In this document: positions 1 to 12,510 of the stretch, in pieces
Layout: every line of letters begins with the position of its first letter
Position numbering within the stretch: position 1 is the stretch's first letter
Source: Mobula hypostoma
Lineage: Eukaryota
Reading direction: 5' to 3'
Length of the DNA: 64,000 nt
NCBI RefSeq assembly: GCF_963921235.1
Contig: NC_086097.1
Coordinates: 158,102,001-158,166,000, forward strand
Position numbers and translations under genes: made by a program
Notes under the pieces: generated by a model
Database searches by the model: none
Told to the model about the DNA's origin: nothing
The model's input: only the letters and a program-made list of their open reading frames with translations

Positions 1-733
1 GAAATAATTAGTACAGTACTCTAATTGTAAGGATATAAATGTAACAGGTTAGCAATGATAATACACACGTATACACAGAAATAGGGTAATAGGAATCAAC
101 CAAGCTCTATCGCAGTCTAGGGGTAAAGTGATCAGTCTTAAGTGAAGCAGAGTTCAGTTCAGTTTAGTGCAGTTCGAAGTAATTGCTGTTGTTGTACCGT
201 TGGAGAGAGAGAGAGAGAGATGCAATTTGGCTTCAGGCAGACCTTTTGGCTGTCTTCGCAGTTGGTTTCGGGCAGACCCTTTGATGTCTTCTATCCCACT
301 GTGGTCACTGACTGTGACCCCTCCATTCCAGATACAATCCTTCTTCCGCGGTGAACCCGACACCCAGGCAAGGGCGGACACACACCCCAGGTTCCCACCG
401 ATCGTACCTTTACAGTCTGTGAGCCTCTGGTCAGTTCCCGCGAACCGGACCTCCAAACTCTCACCACTTGGGGGGGCACACTGCTCTTTCCAGGGTCTCA
501 TGGTGTCGCATGCCTTAGCAAACCTGCTCCTTTTATCCCCCTGCTGGGATATCACCTGTCCATCAAACTTCAATCAGTTCAGGTTCAAAGCAACTGGTCT
601 GTCAATAGCTGAATTGTGTTTCTTTCCCGTTAATCCTTCTCTTCTCTCTTATTAGCATTTTGAATGTTTCTCCATTGTCTTTCTTAACTCTCTCATTAGC
701 ATCATCCGTCTGGTACCTCTGCTGGTCGTCACA
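1..733 (-). mobile_element. Probable LTR (LTR-retrotransposon type), truncated by window start
   Basis: Minus strand begins TGTGAC at 733 and composition changes sharply after it; CpG-containing non-coding sequence with no credible ORF. The other end and TSD are not visible. Confidence 0.35.
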
Positions 734-914
734 CATGACATCAGAAACAGATTCATTGTTCGTTTCTGAATTCCACCTGTTAAGTACTCACTCTTTACAT
801 ATCATGAAAATAGTTCCATCCTTAATCAACCACATGTTCTGCACCCTCCATCCAGCCTTTGTAACCAGTATGATGGGAAACCAGAGGAGGCTGAGATATA
901 TGCATCATCATTAG

Positions 915-1238
915 TAATGTGTTGGAGGACTGGAGGGTGGCTAAAACATTTTGCTTTTATTTTAGAAGGGTGCAAGGATAACAATTTGGGAACTATAAAC
1001 TAGTCAGCCTAACATCTGCAGTAGATAAGTTACTGGAAGCAATTCTGAGCGATAAGGTATACAAGCATTCGGAAAGACAGCATGAGAGATTGTCTCATGA
1101 ATTTGAATGAGATTTTGAAGAAGTAACTAGGAAGGTCAATAAGGGTAGGGTGGTAGATACGGACCTCAGTAAAGCTTTTGATAAAGTTCCTCACAGAAGA
1201 CTTCTCTGGAAAGTTAGATCACATGGGATTCAGGAAGA
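915..1238 (+). mobile_element. Old CR1 LINE ORF2 fragment, resumes at about 2465-2560 after a nested insertion
   Basis: Degenerate 'EDWRVAN...NY.LVSLTS.V.KLLE...KAFDKVPH' coding remnants; ...GGGATTCAGGAAGA joins GAGCTAGCTTATTGGAT across the insert. Confidence 0.7.
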
Positions 1239-2460
1239 CCATAAAATATAGGAGCAGAAGCAGGCCATTTGACCCATCAAGTCTGCTCTGCCATTCAATC
1301 ATGGGCTGATTCAATTTTTACGGTCATCCCCACTCCCCTGCCTTCTCTCTATACCCTTTGATGCCCTGGCTAATCAAGAACCTATCTATCTCTGCCTTAA
1401 ATGCACCCAATGATTTGGTCTCCACAGCTGCTCGAGGCAACAAATTCCATAGATTTACCACCCTCTGACTAAAGTAATTTCTCCGCATCTCTATTCTAAA
1501 TGGATGTCCTTCAATCCTGAAGTCATGCCCTCTTGTCCTTGACTCCCTAGCATGGGAAATAACTTTGCCATATCTAATCTGTTCAGGCCTTTTAACATTC
1601 AGAATGTTTCTGTGAGATCTCCCCTCATTCTCCTGAACTCCAGGAAATACAGCCCAAGAGCTGTCAGACATTCCTCATACAGTAACCCTTTCATTCCTGG
1701 AATCATTCTCGTGAATCTTCTTTGAACCCTCTCTAATATCAGTATATCCTTTCTAAAATACGGAGCCCAAAACTGAACACAATACTCCAAGTGTGGTCTC
1801 AGGAGTACCTTGGAGAGCCTCAACATCACATCACTGCTCTTATATTCTATACCTTTAGAAATGAATGCCAACATTGCATTTGCCTTCTTTACCACTGACT
1901 CAACCGAAGGTTAACCTTCAGGGTATCCTGTACAAGGACTCCCAAGTCCCTTTGCATCTCTGCATTTTGAATTCTCTCGCCATCTAAATAATAGTCTGCT
2001 CATTTATTTCTCCCACCAAAGTGCATGACCATACACTTTCCAACATTGTATTTCATTTGCCACTTCTTTGCCCATTCCCCTGAACTATCTAAGTCTCTCT
2101 GCAGGCTCTCTGTTTCCTCAACACTACCCACTCCTCCACCTATCTTTGTATCATCGGCAAATTTAGTCACAAATCTATTAATTCCCAACCACTGATGTTA
2201 GGCTATCAGGTCTATAGTTTGCTTCCTGCTGCATCCCACCCTTCTTGAATGGCAGAGTAATATCTGCAGTTTTCCAGTCATTTGATACAATGCCAGAATC
2301 TATCGATTCTTGAAAGATTATTGTTAATGCCTCCGCAATCTCTCCAGCTATTTTCTTCAGAACCCAAGGGTGCATTCCATCAGGTCCAGGAGATTTATCC
2401 ACCCTCAGACTATTAAAGCTTCCTGAGCACCTTCTCAGTCATAATTTTCACTGCACACAC
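1239..2460 (-). mobile_element. CR1 LINE, 5'-truncated, with internal deletion near 2181
   Basis: ORF pieces DKSPGPDGMHP, KFADDTKIGG, RPHLEYCVQFWAP, FSQRVVNLWN; CR1 3' tail at about 1239. The LTSVVG region is joined directly to the FADD region. Confidence 0.9.
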
Positions 2461-2811
2461 TGCACAGAGCTAGCTTATTGGATGCACTATTGGCATAATG
2501 GTAAGAAGCAGAGTTAGCTTATTGGATAAACTATTGGCTTGTTCATAAGCAAAATTTTCTGTGATAAATATATTTCAAAACAACATGTTTGATTCTGGTC
2601 AACTATTGCTTGTTTTCTTCAATTTAAGATTGTGTACTAAATGCAAAATAAATGGAATGGTACTGAAAGTTACACATTGAACCTTAACATCTAATGCTCA
2701 CTTCTTTATCTAACAGTAGATCCCTATAGAATTCTTCAAAGTACTTTGTTTAATCGTGTTACATTTAAAGACTTATTGTTGATTGCTACTGGCCACAGAG
2801 TAAAAATGTAT

Positions 2812-3116
2812 TGAAGGCATCCGTTATACTTGCGAGACCATGGATCTGCACCTGGAAAGTCTTCACTCTCCAGGGCTCAGGCTTGGGCAAGGTTGTATGG
2901 AAGACTGGCAGTTTCCCATGCTGCAAGTCTCCCCTCTCCACAACACCGATGTTGTCCAAGGGAAGGGCAAGGGCCAATACAGCTTGGCACCAGTGTCGTC
3001 ACAGAGCACTGTGTGGTTAAGTGCCTTGCTCAAGGACATAACACACTGCCTCAGTTGGGGATTGAACTCACGACCTTCAGATCGCTAGTCCAATGCCTTA
3101 ACCACTTGGCAACATG
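2812..3116 (-). mobile_element. tRNA-derived SINE with CORE-like middle and RTE-type tail
   Basis: Minus strand shows an A-box-like TTGCCAAGTGGTTAAGG and a B-box-like GAGTTCAATCC, then GTCCTTGAGCAAGGCACTTAACC (CORE-like). Confidence 0.7.
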
Positions 3117-3713
3117 TACAATTTCATTCAAAATCAGTGTTTAACTTCTTCAAAGCAACTTCATGGTCCTCCTTTTTAATTTTGATTAACCTTGCACTTA
3201 CTAAACTTTTAATCAGCAAAAATTAAACAAAAATTGTGAACTATATTGTTAATTGAGAATGCAATAAAGGAATAAAGAAGAAGTTTTCATCTTTATTCTA
3301 TTGTGCTTTACACCACTATCTTTCTTTCACAAGCCATTCCAGTTGCTTCAGATTCTACATGGTATTGAAACTCTACCCACTACCCCTTTTCACTGTATTA
3401 TAATGAGTGGAAATCTACCATATACTCCAACAGGCTAATACCACAGTGAAGTCGGATTGTATACTAGATTCCTGTGAACTGGGCAGGAGCTAAGCATGAC
3501 TTCGACCTACTTAGACACAAAGCATCAAGTAAAATGCCAGGGTTTACTGTGTTGTCAGCCGAAAAAAAAATAAAAAATAGCAGATAATGGATATCTGAAA
3601 TAAACCTAGAAATGCTGGAAACATTCAGTAAGGCAGCAACTGTTGAAAGATCATCAAGAGTTAAAATCTCAGATCCAAAACCTCTCATCAGAACTGAGAA
3701 AGAAAGAAAACAA

Positions 3714-3854
3714 ACAACAGGAATTCTGCAGATGCTGGAAATTCAAGCAACACACATCAAAGTTGCTGGTGAACGCAGCAGGCCAGGCAGCATCTATAGG
3801 AAGAGGTGCAGTCGACGTTTCAGGCCGAGACCCTTCGTCAGGACTAACTGAAGG
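3714..3854 (-). mobile_element. Young Penelope-like (PLE) terminal-repeat fragment inserted in an older copy (about 3590-3930)
   Basis: Flanked by a 14-bp direct repeat AAGAAAGAAAACAA (3700-3713, 3855-3868). Related copies occur at about 14370, 17380, 22980, 24660, 28320, 29860 and 61500. Confidence 0.75.
3809..3846 (-). ncRNA. Minimal type I hammerhead ribozyme motif (PLE-associated)
   Basis: Minus strand reads UAGUC-CUGACGA-AGGGUCUCGGCCU-GAAACGUC/GACUG. Complete CUGANGA and GAAA core, stem I UAGUC/GACUG, stem II AGG/CCU, palindromic ACGU in place of stem III, GUC cleavage triplet. Confidence 0.8.
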
Positions 3855-4339
3855 AAGAAAGAAAACAAGTTAGTTTCAGTGCATAAAAAAAGTTGGAGTG
3901 GGGTGGGTAGAACAAAGGGAATATCTCACAGGATGAACCAAATGAGTTAATGTGACACTGAGAGGCTGATTATGCTTCTCCATCTGTGTTAAATGTTGCT
4001 CATATAGAGTGTGGGATTTGCCCAGACTATGTCATACTGCTAAGGCAACAAAAAATGAGTCAAACTCACAGACAAATGATATGTAGATTCTGCTAATTCT
4101 TGGATAGAAAGAAAACAAAAGAAAGTGTTACATAAAATTGGAGAAGCAGCAATTGTTCTAGTTCATCCATAAACTTATAAAATGGTTGCTATTGCTGACT
4201 AATAATGTAAGTAACACTTGCCAATCAATCTTAGCCATGGTGATTTTTGAGCAGTGGCCAAATCAGAGATCTGAAGTGTGAGAAGACCTTTTCACTCAAT
4301 TTCGCCGAGCGACCCAATAATGCATTGTCCAGCGGTAGT

Positions 4340-7300
4340 TTGGTGTTTTGAACGATGGCTAATCAGTGATTGGGATTGATTGGCAAGAACAAAATCAAAT
4401 AAGGCAGGCACAAGCAGCGTGGCCATTGTTGAAGTGGACAGTGTTAGAGTGAGGATTTTGTGGCATTAGCTATTCAAGGCTTCAGCGAGGCGAGGCTTGT
4501 GAGAGAAAGTGAAAAGCTGTAGGTGCATTTTTTAAATATTGTTTTCCCTTCTTTATATTTGCTCAGTTAGAACAGTAGGGACACCAGGCAGGATAGTTGA
4601 ATGCTCCTCTTGCAGGACGTGGTAAGGCAGAGAAACCTCCTGTGTTGACTACACCTGTGAGTTGTAGCTTCTAACATTCCGTATTCAGGAGTTGGAGCTG
4701 GAGCTAGATGAAAACTGGCTCGTTTCGGAGGCTGAGGGGGTGACAGATAGGACATATAGAGAGGTAGTTATACCCCAGGTGCAGGACACGGGAAAATGTG
4801 TGACAGTCCAGGCAGTGCAAAGGGATCAAACAGCCAATGCAGAATACCCCTGTGGCCATTTCTCTTAACAATAGGTATACCACTTTGGAGACATTTTGGG
4901 GGGTGGGGGTGATGACCAAGTAGAGGAAAGTCACAGTGAACATATTTCTGACACTGAGTCTGGCTCTGTGACTCAGATGTGAAGGGAAGAAAGGAGGTGA
5001 ACTGTGGTGATAGGGAATTCATTAGTTAGGGGAACAGAAAGGAGGTTCTGTGGATGGAATTCCTGGATGGTACGTTGTTTCCCGGGTGCAACAGTCCAGA
5101 ACACCTCAGATTGAGTCCTCAGATCTCTTAAGTGGGAGGGTGAACAGCCAGAGGTCATGGTCTATGTAGGTACCAATGACAAAGGTAGGAAGAGTAACGA
5201 GGTTCTGCAAAATGAATTCAGTGCTAAGTTAAAGGGCAGGACATCCAGGGTTGTGATCTCAGGATTGCTCGCATGCCACGTGCTAGTGAGACCAGAACTA
5301 GGAAGATTATACAGTTCAATGTGTGGCTAAGGAGTTGGTGTAGGAGGGAGGGCATAAGAATTTAGGATCATTGTGCTCTCTTCCAGGGAATATGGGACCT
5401 GTACAGAAGGGACAGTTTGCATTGGTACTGGAGTGGAAAGGTTTGATCGTGCTGCATGGGGTCGGGATGGTTGAACTAGAGTTGCAGGAGATGGGATCCA
5501 GAGTGCCAGAGCAAGTGAGACTTGCTTACAGGAGGGACAGGACTGGCAGCTCAGTAATCTGGGGTTCCATTGTTTTAGATGTGACAGAGCAGGAGGGTAG
5601 CATTACTAGTTAGGGAAAATGTCATGATAGTGCTCAATCAAGGCAGACTGAAGAACTCATTTAGTCAGGCATTTTGGTGGAACTGAGAAATAAGAAAGGT
5701 ATCACCACGTTATTACTGACCACCCAACAGTCCAAGGGATTTAAAGGAACAAATTTGCAGAGAGATTGTTTCAAGAAACATTAGGTTGTTATAATAGGTG
5801 ATTTTAACTTCCCATATGTTGACCAGGGCTCCGATACTGTAGAAGAACTAGACGGGATAGAGTTTGTCCGATAAGTTCAGGAAGGTTTCCTTAACTGGTA
5901 CAAGAAGTCCCAATGAGAAAGTGCGCAATAGCTGATCTGCTTTGAAGGAATGAGACAGGGCAGGTGACAGAAGTTTGTGTAGGGGAACACTTTGCATCTA
6001 GTGACCACAATGCCATTAGTTTCAAAGTAAATATATAAAAAGATCAGTCTGCTCTGTGGGTTGAAATTCTAAATTCGAGAAAAGCAAATTTTGATGTCCT
6101 CAGAAAGGATCCGGGAAGTGTGGATTGGGACAGGCTATTTTCTGGCAAAGTTATACTTGGCAAGTAGGAGGCCTAAAAAAGTGAAATTTTGAGAGTACAA
6201 AGCTTGTATATGCCTGAAAGAATAAAAGATCGAAATAACAGGGTTAGGGAACCTTGGTTATCAAGAGATATTGAGGCCCTGTTTAAAAAGTAAAGGAAGC
6301 ACATATTGGCTATAGGCAGATAGGAACAAATGAGGAGATTACGAATATAAGAAATGCAAGAGCACATTTAAAAAAGAAATCAGGAGGGCTAAAAGTAGAT
6401 ATGATGTTGCCCTAGCAGACATGAAGGAGAATCCAAAGGATTCTGCAGATACATGAAGAGCCAAAGGATTGCAAAGGACAAAGTTGGTCCTCTGGAGGAC
6501 CAGAAAGAATGGTAATTCATGCATGGAGCCAAAAGAGTTAGGGGAGATCTTAAATGGTGATTTGCATCTGTATTTACTCAGGAGATGGACACAGGGTCTA
6601 TAGAAGCGAGGCAAAGCAGCATCGACTTCCTAGACCCTAAACAGATTACAGAAGAGAAAGTGTTTGCTGTCCTGAGGTAAATCAGGGTGGATAAATCTCC
6701 AGGGGCTCACAAGGTGTTCCCTTGGGCCTTGTGGGAGCCAAGTGCAGAAATTGCAGTGGCCTTAGCAGAAATTTTTAAATTATCCTTAGTGACAGGTGAG
6801 ATACTGGAGGATTGGGGGATAGCTAATGTTGTTCTTCTGTTTAAGAAAGTCTCGAAAATAAACCACAAAATTATAGACTGGTGAGCCTGACATCAGTGGT
6901 GGGAAAGTTATTGGAAGGTATTCTAAGGGGCTGGATATATGAGTAATTGGATAGACATGGATAGATTAGGGATAGACAGTACGGCTTTGTGTGTGATAGG
7001 TCATGTCTAACCAAACTTATAGATTTTTTTGAGGAAGTTACCAGGAAAGTTGATGAAGACAAGGCAGTGGATGTTGTCTACATGAACTTTAGCAAGGCAT
7101 TTGACAAGATTCCGCATGGGAGGTTGGTTAAGAAGGTTCAGTCTCAGCATTCAAGATGAGGTAGTAAATTAGATTAGACATTGGCTTTGTTGGAGGAGCC
7201 AGACAGTGGTAGTAGATAATTGCCTCTCTGATTAGAGGCCTGTGATTGCGAAGTGCTACAGGGATCAATGCTGGGTCCGTTGTTGTGGTCATCTATATCA

Positions 7301-9075
7301 ATGACCTAGATGATCACTGGATCAGCAAATTTGCAGATGACACTAAGATTGAGAGTGTATTGGACAACGAGGAAGACTATCAGAGCTTGCAGTGGGTTCT
7401 GGACCAGCAGGAAAAATGGGCTGAAAAATGGCAAATGGAATTTAATGCAGACAAGTGCGAGGTGTTGCACTTCTGTAGGATCAACCCGGGTATAAATGTC
7501 TTACACAGTGAATGGTAGGGCACTGAGTAGTGGTGTAGAAAAAGGTATCTGGAAATACAGGTCCATAATTCATTGAAAGTAATCTCAGATATAGATATGG
7601 TCATGAAGAAGCTTAGGAGGAGACAATGGTGCCTAACGGTGACTTCTTTGCTTGTATCTTTGGAAACAGCTCTAATTCCATCTTTAATATCTCTATTTTT
7701 CCCTTTCAGGCTTCGTTTGAAAACTCTGACCTGGAGTTACATGCTGACTTCAATTCTTTGCAGGAATGCGACCCACTCTCGGGGTTTCACGACTGGCCAT
7801 TATTCAATATGCCAAGGATGCGGCCAAAGAGATTAGCTCATCTTTGGAGCTCTGGGATTTCATGGCTCTGGAGGTGGTTGGACCGAAGGTCGGTGTCTCT
7901 GCAGGGAACCGGTGTGTCATACGAAATGGAAGATCGAAAGCAGCAAGCTGGCTGCTGGCTGTGTGCCCAGACAACCAAGTTCTTTGGGCACAGAGCTAAG
8001 AAAAAAGTGACACAATGCCCTTATAACATCGTGAATCGGCGAGTTGTTTGCTAGGTCTCCCCTCTCGCTATGAAATGGAGACATCTCTTTTTCTCTTATT
8101 AGGGAGAGAGAGCCTGTGGTATGTCAGATACCAGGTGAACGAGTCGTCTTTGGGGTACTGCAAGTCTGTGTCTTTGCTGTTGCTTTGCTGCACGCTTGAG
8201 TGCTCAGTGGTGGGTGCTGATGCTTTTTTTTGCCGGTGGGGGAAGGGGGATCATTGCTTTGATGCTGCTTATGAGTGGGAGGGGGGAGCTGGGGGGGGTC
8301 TTTGGGGTTCTAACATTTAACTGCTATTCATTCTTTGGGGGCACTCCTCTGTTTTCGTGGATGGTTCCAAGAAAAAGTATTTCAGGATGTATATTGTATC
8401 CATTTCTCTGACATTAAGTGTACCTTTGAAACCTTTCAGAAAGCTTTTGGCACAGTGGCCTTCGTAAGTCAAAGTATTGAGTACAGGAGATGGGATCTTA
8501 TGTTGAAATTGTATAAGACATTGGTGAGGCCCAAATTGGAGTATTGTGTGCACTTTTAGTCATCTACTTACAGGAAAGATGTAAGTATGATTGAAAGAGC
8601 ACAGAGAAAATTTATAAGTATGTTGCCAGGACTGGAGGTCCTGAGTTATAAGAAACAATTGAATAGATTAGAATCTTATTCCTTGGAATTTACAAGATTG
8701 GGAGGAGATTTTTTAGAGGTATACAAAATTATGAGGGGCATAGATAGGGTAAATGTAAGCAGGCTTTTTCACTTTTTCCACTAAGGTTGGGTAGCACTAC
8801 AACTAGAGGTAATGGGTGAACATTTTAAGAGGAATATGAGGAGAAGCTTCTTCACTCAGAGAGTATTGAGAGTACGGAATGAGCTGCTAGTGCAAGTGGT
8901 GATGCATGCAGAATTTCAACATTTATGAGAAGTTTGAATAGGTACATGGATGGTTGGGATATGGAGGGCTATGGTCCCAGTGCAGGGCGATGAGAGTATG
9001 TAGGTTAAATAGTTTCGGCATGGACTAGATGGGCCAAAGGACCTGTTTCTGTGCGGTTCTTCCCTAAGACTCTAA
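4340..9075 (+). mobile_element. Near full-length degenerate CR1 LINE (ORF1 esterase remnant plus ORF2 EN/RT)
   Basis: ORF1 'V.VGTND' SGNH-like remnant near 5150; EN 'IIGDFNFP' and 'SDH'; RT 'DKSPG', 'KFADDTKI', 'RPKLEYCV'; 3' tail near 9050. Many stops and frameshifts; interrupted at about 7613-8437. Confidence 0.9.
7613..8437 (+). mobile_element. Non-autonomous retroposon-like insertion inside CR1
   Basis: Interrupts the CR1 RT at ...GAAGAAGC / AGAAAGCTTTT. Ends in GACATTAAGTGTACCTTTGAAACCTTT, a tail like those on the Rex1/Babar copies here; no credible ORF. Confidence 0.6.
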
Positions 9076-9354
9076 TTTAGCCTCTTTCATTTAAAATCAG
9101 GAATCTACTCTTGAAGTTTGCTACATCAAATCCCACCTTATTGAAGAATTATATCATATTATGTTCCAGAGGAAATTACATAAGTTTGATTAACGTGATT
9201 TAAATTTAATGTAGAAATGATCACAGTGTGTTATGTAAACAGCCGTATTTCAGACAATTTTTTTCAGCTTTACACTTTTAATTCATTTTCAGGATTTGGG
9301 CTTCATTGCTAAGACCAGCCTTCACTGCACATCATTAATTGCTCTTGAGGGGAC

Positions 9355-11145
9355 CATAATACCATAAATCTATAAGACACAGGAGCACAATTAAGCCATT
9401 TGGCCCACCGAGTCTGCTCCGCCATTCCATCATGGCTGATTTATTATCCCTCTCATCCCCCTGCCATCTCCCTGAAACCTTTGATGCCCTGACTAATCAA
9501 GAAACTATCAAGTGTCCACTTTAAATATAGTCAATGAGTTAGCCTCCACAGCCATCTGTGGCAATGAATTCCACTGATTCACTACCCTCTGGTTAAAGAA
9601 ATTCTTCCTCGTCTCGTTTCTAAGTAGCCGTGCCTCTGTTCTGAGTTTGTACCCTCTGGTCATAGACTTCTCCACTATGGGAAACATCCACTTCACATCT
9701 GAGCCTTTCAATATTGAATAGGTTTCAATGGGATCCCCTATCCATACTTGTGAACCTCCTCCATTCTCGTGATCCTTTTTTAAAATCTCCTCCTCAACCC
9801 CAGTTCCCAGCCTTCTCCTCGTAACCTTTGATGCCATGTCCAATCAAGAACCTGTCAATCTCTGCCTTAAATACACCCAATGACCTGGCCTCCACAGCTG
9901 CATGTGGCAACAAATTCCACAAATTCACCACCCTTTGGCTAAAGAAATTTCTTTGCATCTGTTTTGAAAGGGCGCCCCTCTATCCTGAGGCTGTGTCTTC
10001 TTGTTCTAGACTCTCCCACCATGGGAAACATCCTTTCCACATCTACTCTGTCTAGGCTTTTCAACATTTGAAAGGTTTCAACGAGATCCCCCCTCATCTT
10101 TCTGAATCCCAGCGAGTACAGACCCACAGCCATCAAACATTCCTCATATGATATCCCTTTCGTTTCAGGAATAGTCCTTGTGAACCTCATCTGGAACCTC
10201 TCCAATGCCAGCACATCTTTTCTAAGATGAGGGGCCCAAAAGTGTTCACAATACTCAAGGTGAGGCCTCACCAGTGCCTTATAAAGCCTCAGCATCACAT
10301 CCCTGCTTTTGTATTCTAGACCTCTTGAAATGAATGCTAACATGGCATTTACCTTCCTCACCATCTCAACCTGCAAGTTAACCTTCAGGGTGTTCTGCAC
10401 AAGAACTCCCAAGTCCCTCTGCATCTCAGATTCCTGGATTTTCTCCCCATTTAGAAAACAGTCTGCACATTTATTTCTACTACCAAAGTGTGGTTTGACC
10501 AATGCCTTATCAAGCCTCAGCATTACATCCTTGCTCTTATATTCTAGTCCTCTTGAAACTAATGCTGATGTAGCATTTGCCTTGCTCACCACTGACTTAA
10601 CCTGCAAGTTAACCTTTAGCGAGTCCTGCACAAGGATTTCTATTTTTTGAATTTTCTTACTGTTTAGAAAATAGTCTCTGCCTTTATTTTTCTACCAAAG
10701 TGCATGACCACACACTTCCCGACATTGTATTCCATCTGTCACTTCTTTTGTACATTCTACCAATTTTACTAAGTCCTAATGCAGAGCACCTACTTCCTCA
10801 ATAATACCCGCCCTTGCATTTACTTTTGTATTGTCTACAAACTTCTCCACAAAGCCATCAAAATCATTGACATATAACGTGAAAGGAAGTAGTCCCAACA
10901 CGGACCCCTGTGGAAAACTATTAATCACCAGAAAAGGCCCCCTTTACTTCCACTCCTTGCCTCTTGCCAGTAAGCTAATCTTCTATCCATCCTAGTAACT
11001 TTCCTTTAATACCATAGGCTCTTAGCTTGTTAAGCTCTCTCATGTGTAGTACCTTGTCAAATGTCTTCTGAAAACCCAAGTAAACGACATTCTCTGACTA
11101 TCATTTGTCTATCCTGCCTGTTATTTCCTCAAAGTATTCTAACAG
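9355..11145 (-). mobile_element. Two interleaved CR1 3' fragments
   Basis: Two 3'-UTR regions (about 9355 and 9790). ORF 9939-10631 contains KVNLQV..RGLEYKS.DVMLRL.KALV.PH twice. Confidence 0.85.
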
Positions 11146-11257
11146 AAGGTCATGGTCACCTTCCTTCTTGAACCACTGTTGTCTTTCTAGTAAAGGCACA
11201 CCAATGGTGTTGTTGGGAAGGGAGTCCAGGATTTAGAGTTTGAGGATATGTAATGAC

Positions 11258-12510
11258 AGATCTCTGAAATGGCTGAATGAACTGTTCATTTCCAGATGCA
11301 ATAAGGAATGGAGAATAACTGCTCGTGACATCCACATCTCATGAATGAATGAATAAATCAAGGTAACTATGTGACTAAAATAAATTTCAAAGAGTTGAGA
11401 AATAAGCTTTGTGGCAATTAAATCTGATCTAATTAAAACCCTCTGTTGTTTATACAAAATGTTAGGGAACACAACAGCCCCTAGGTACTAAATCAAAATA
11501 ATTCCAACCATGACCTAAAGAATAGGCTTAATATTACACAAAACAATGTGAAAAATATCTCTGAAATCGATACATTCAATACATTGAATTATGTAGGTTT
11601 TCTTTCAATGGATCTGGACATGCCTTGCATTTATAGCTCATCCATAATGCCCTTGAGGAGATTGTGTTGAACTGCCCTCCTGAATCAATGTAATCCTTCT
11701 GATAAAGGTTGGTTGGAGTGCTTCAGAATTTCAACTTAGCAACAATGAAAGATGATGTCCAAACTGGAATGCTGCAAGACTTGGAGGGGAACCTACAATT
11801 GATGGTGTTTTCTTGCACCTGCTACCATTGTCTTTCTGAGATGGAAACCATGATTTAGGAGGTGCTGTCAGAGTACTCCGGAGAAGTAAATTCCATGCAT
11901 TTTGCATATGGTGTATTCTGCAGTTACTATGTAAAAGTGGTGGAAAAAATGCCTAGGGTGACTGACGGATGCCAATCAAGTATGTTGCTCTGTTCTGAAT
12001 AGTGTTAAACTTCATCCAGGCAAGTGAAGTGTGTTGACTATTTGAGATGTCAGGACATCCTCCACAGGATACCCTGTCTCTGAACTGCTCCTGTAGCCAG
12101 GGTGTTTCCATGGTTAATCCAGCCATGTTTCCAGCCAATGGTGGCATGCAGGATACTAATGACAGGAAAACCAGTGATTGTAATGTTAAGGATAGGTTGG
12201 CTAGATTTGGACATCCACTGAAGTTTTCTGAGTCTCCACTGTACACCTATAGAAGTTTGCAAGAGTCCACCAGTTGTGGTAACTGTGCCTCCAGATCTCT
12301 GAAATAGCTCAGCAAACTGCTCATTTCATGAGGTAATTAGGTACAGACAAGAAATGCCAATGACTTCTACATTTCATGAATGAAGTAATAAATAAATACA
12401 ATCATGAAACTGGGAGTATTTTACAGGAATTATAAAATATGGTTGTTGGCAATTAAGATCTGTGTAATTATAACCCCATGTTGTTTGTCTAAATTGTTAA
12501 GGAATACAAT
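11258..12510. repeat. Ancient degenerate tandem duplication, period about 1.04 kb
   Basis: AGATCTCTGAAAT...CATGAATGAA...TGGCAATTAA...TGTTGTTT...TGTTA.GGAA.ACAA occurs at about 11258-11473 and 12294-12509, each preceded by an old LINE 3' end. Confidence 0.6.

Noticed and set aside
142..655. Overlapping 139-162 aa ORFs
   Set aside because: No recognisable motifs; they lie in a probable LTR containing a GA microsatellite.
2812..2960. SINE tail as partner of the RTE at 18663-21953
   Set aside because: The two 3' ends share no visible similarity.
3040..3116. tRNA gene
   Set aside because: The tRNA-like head continues into CORE-like and LINE-tail sequence, so it is a SINE.
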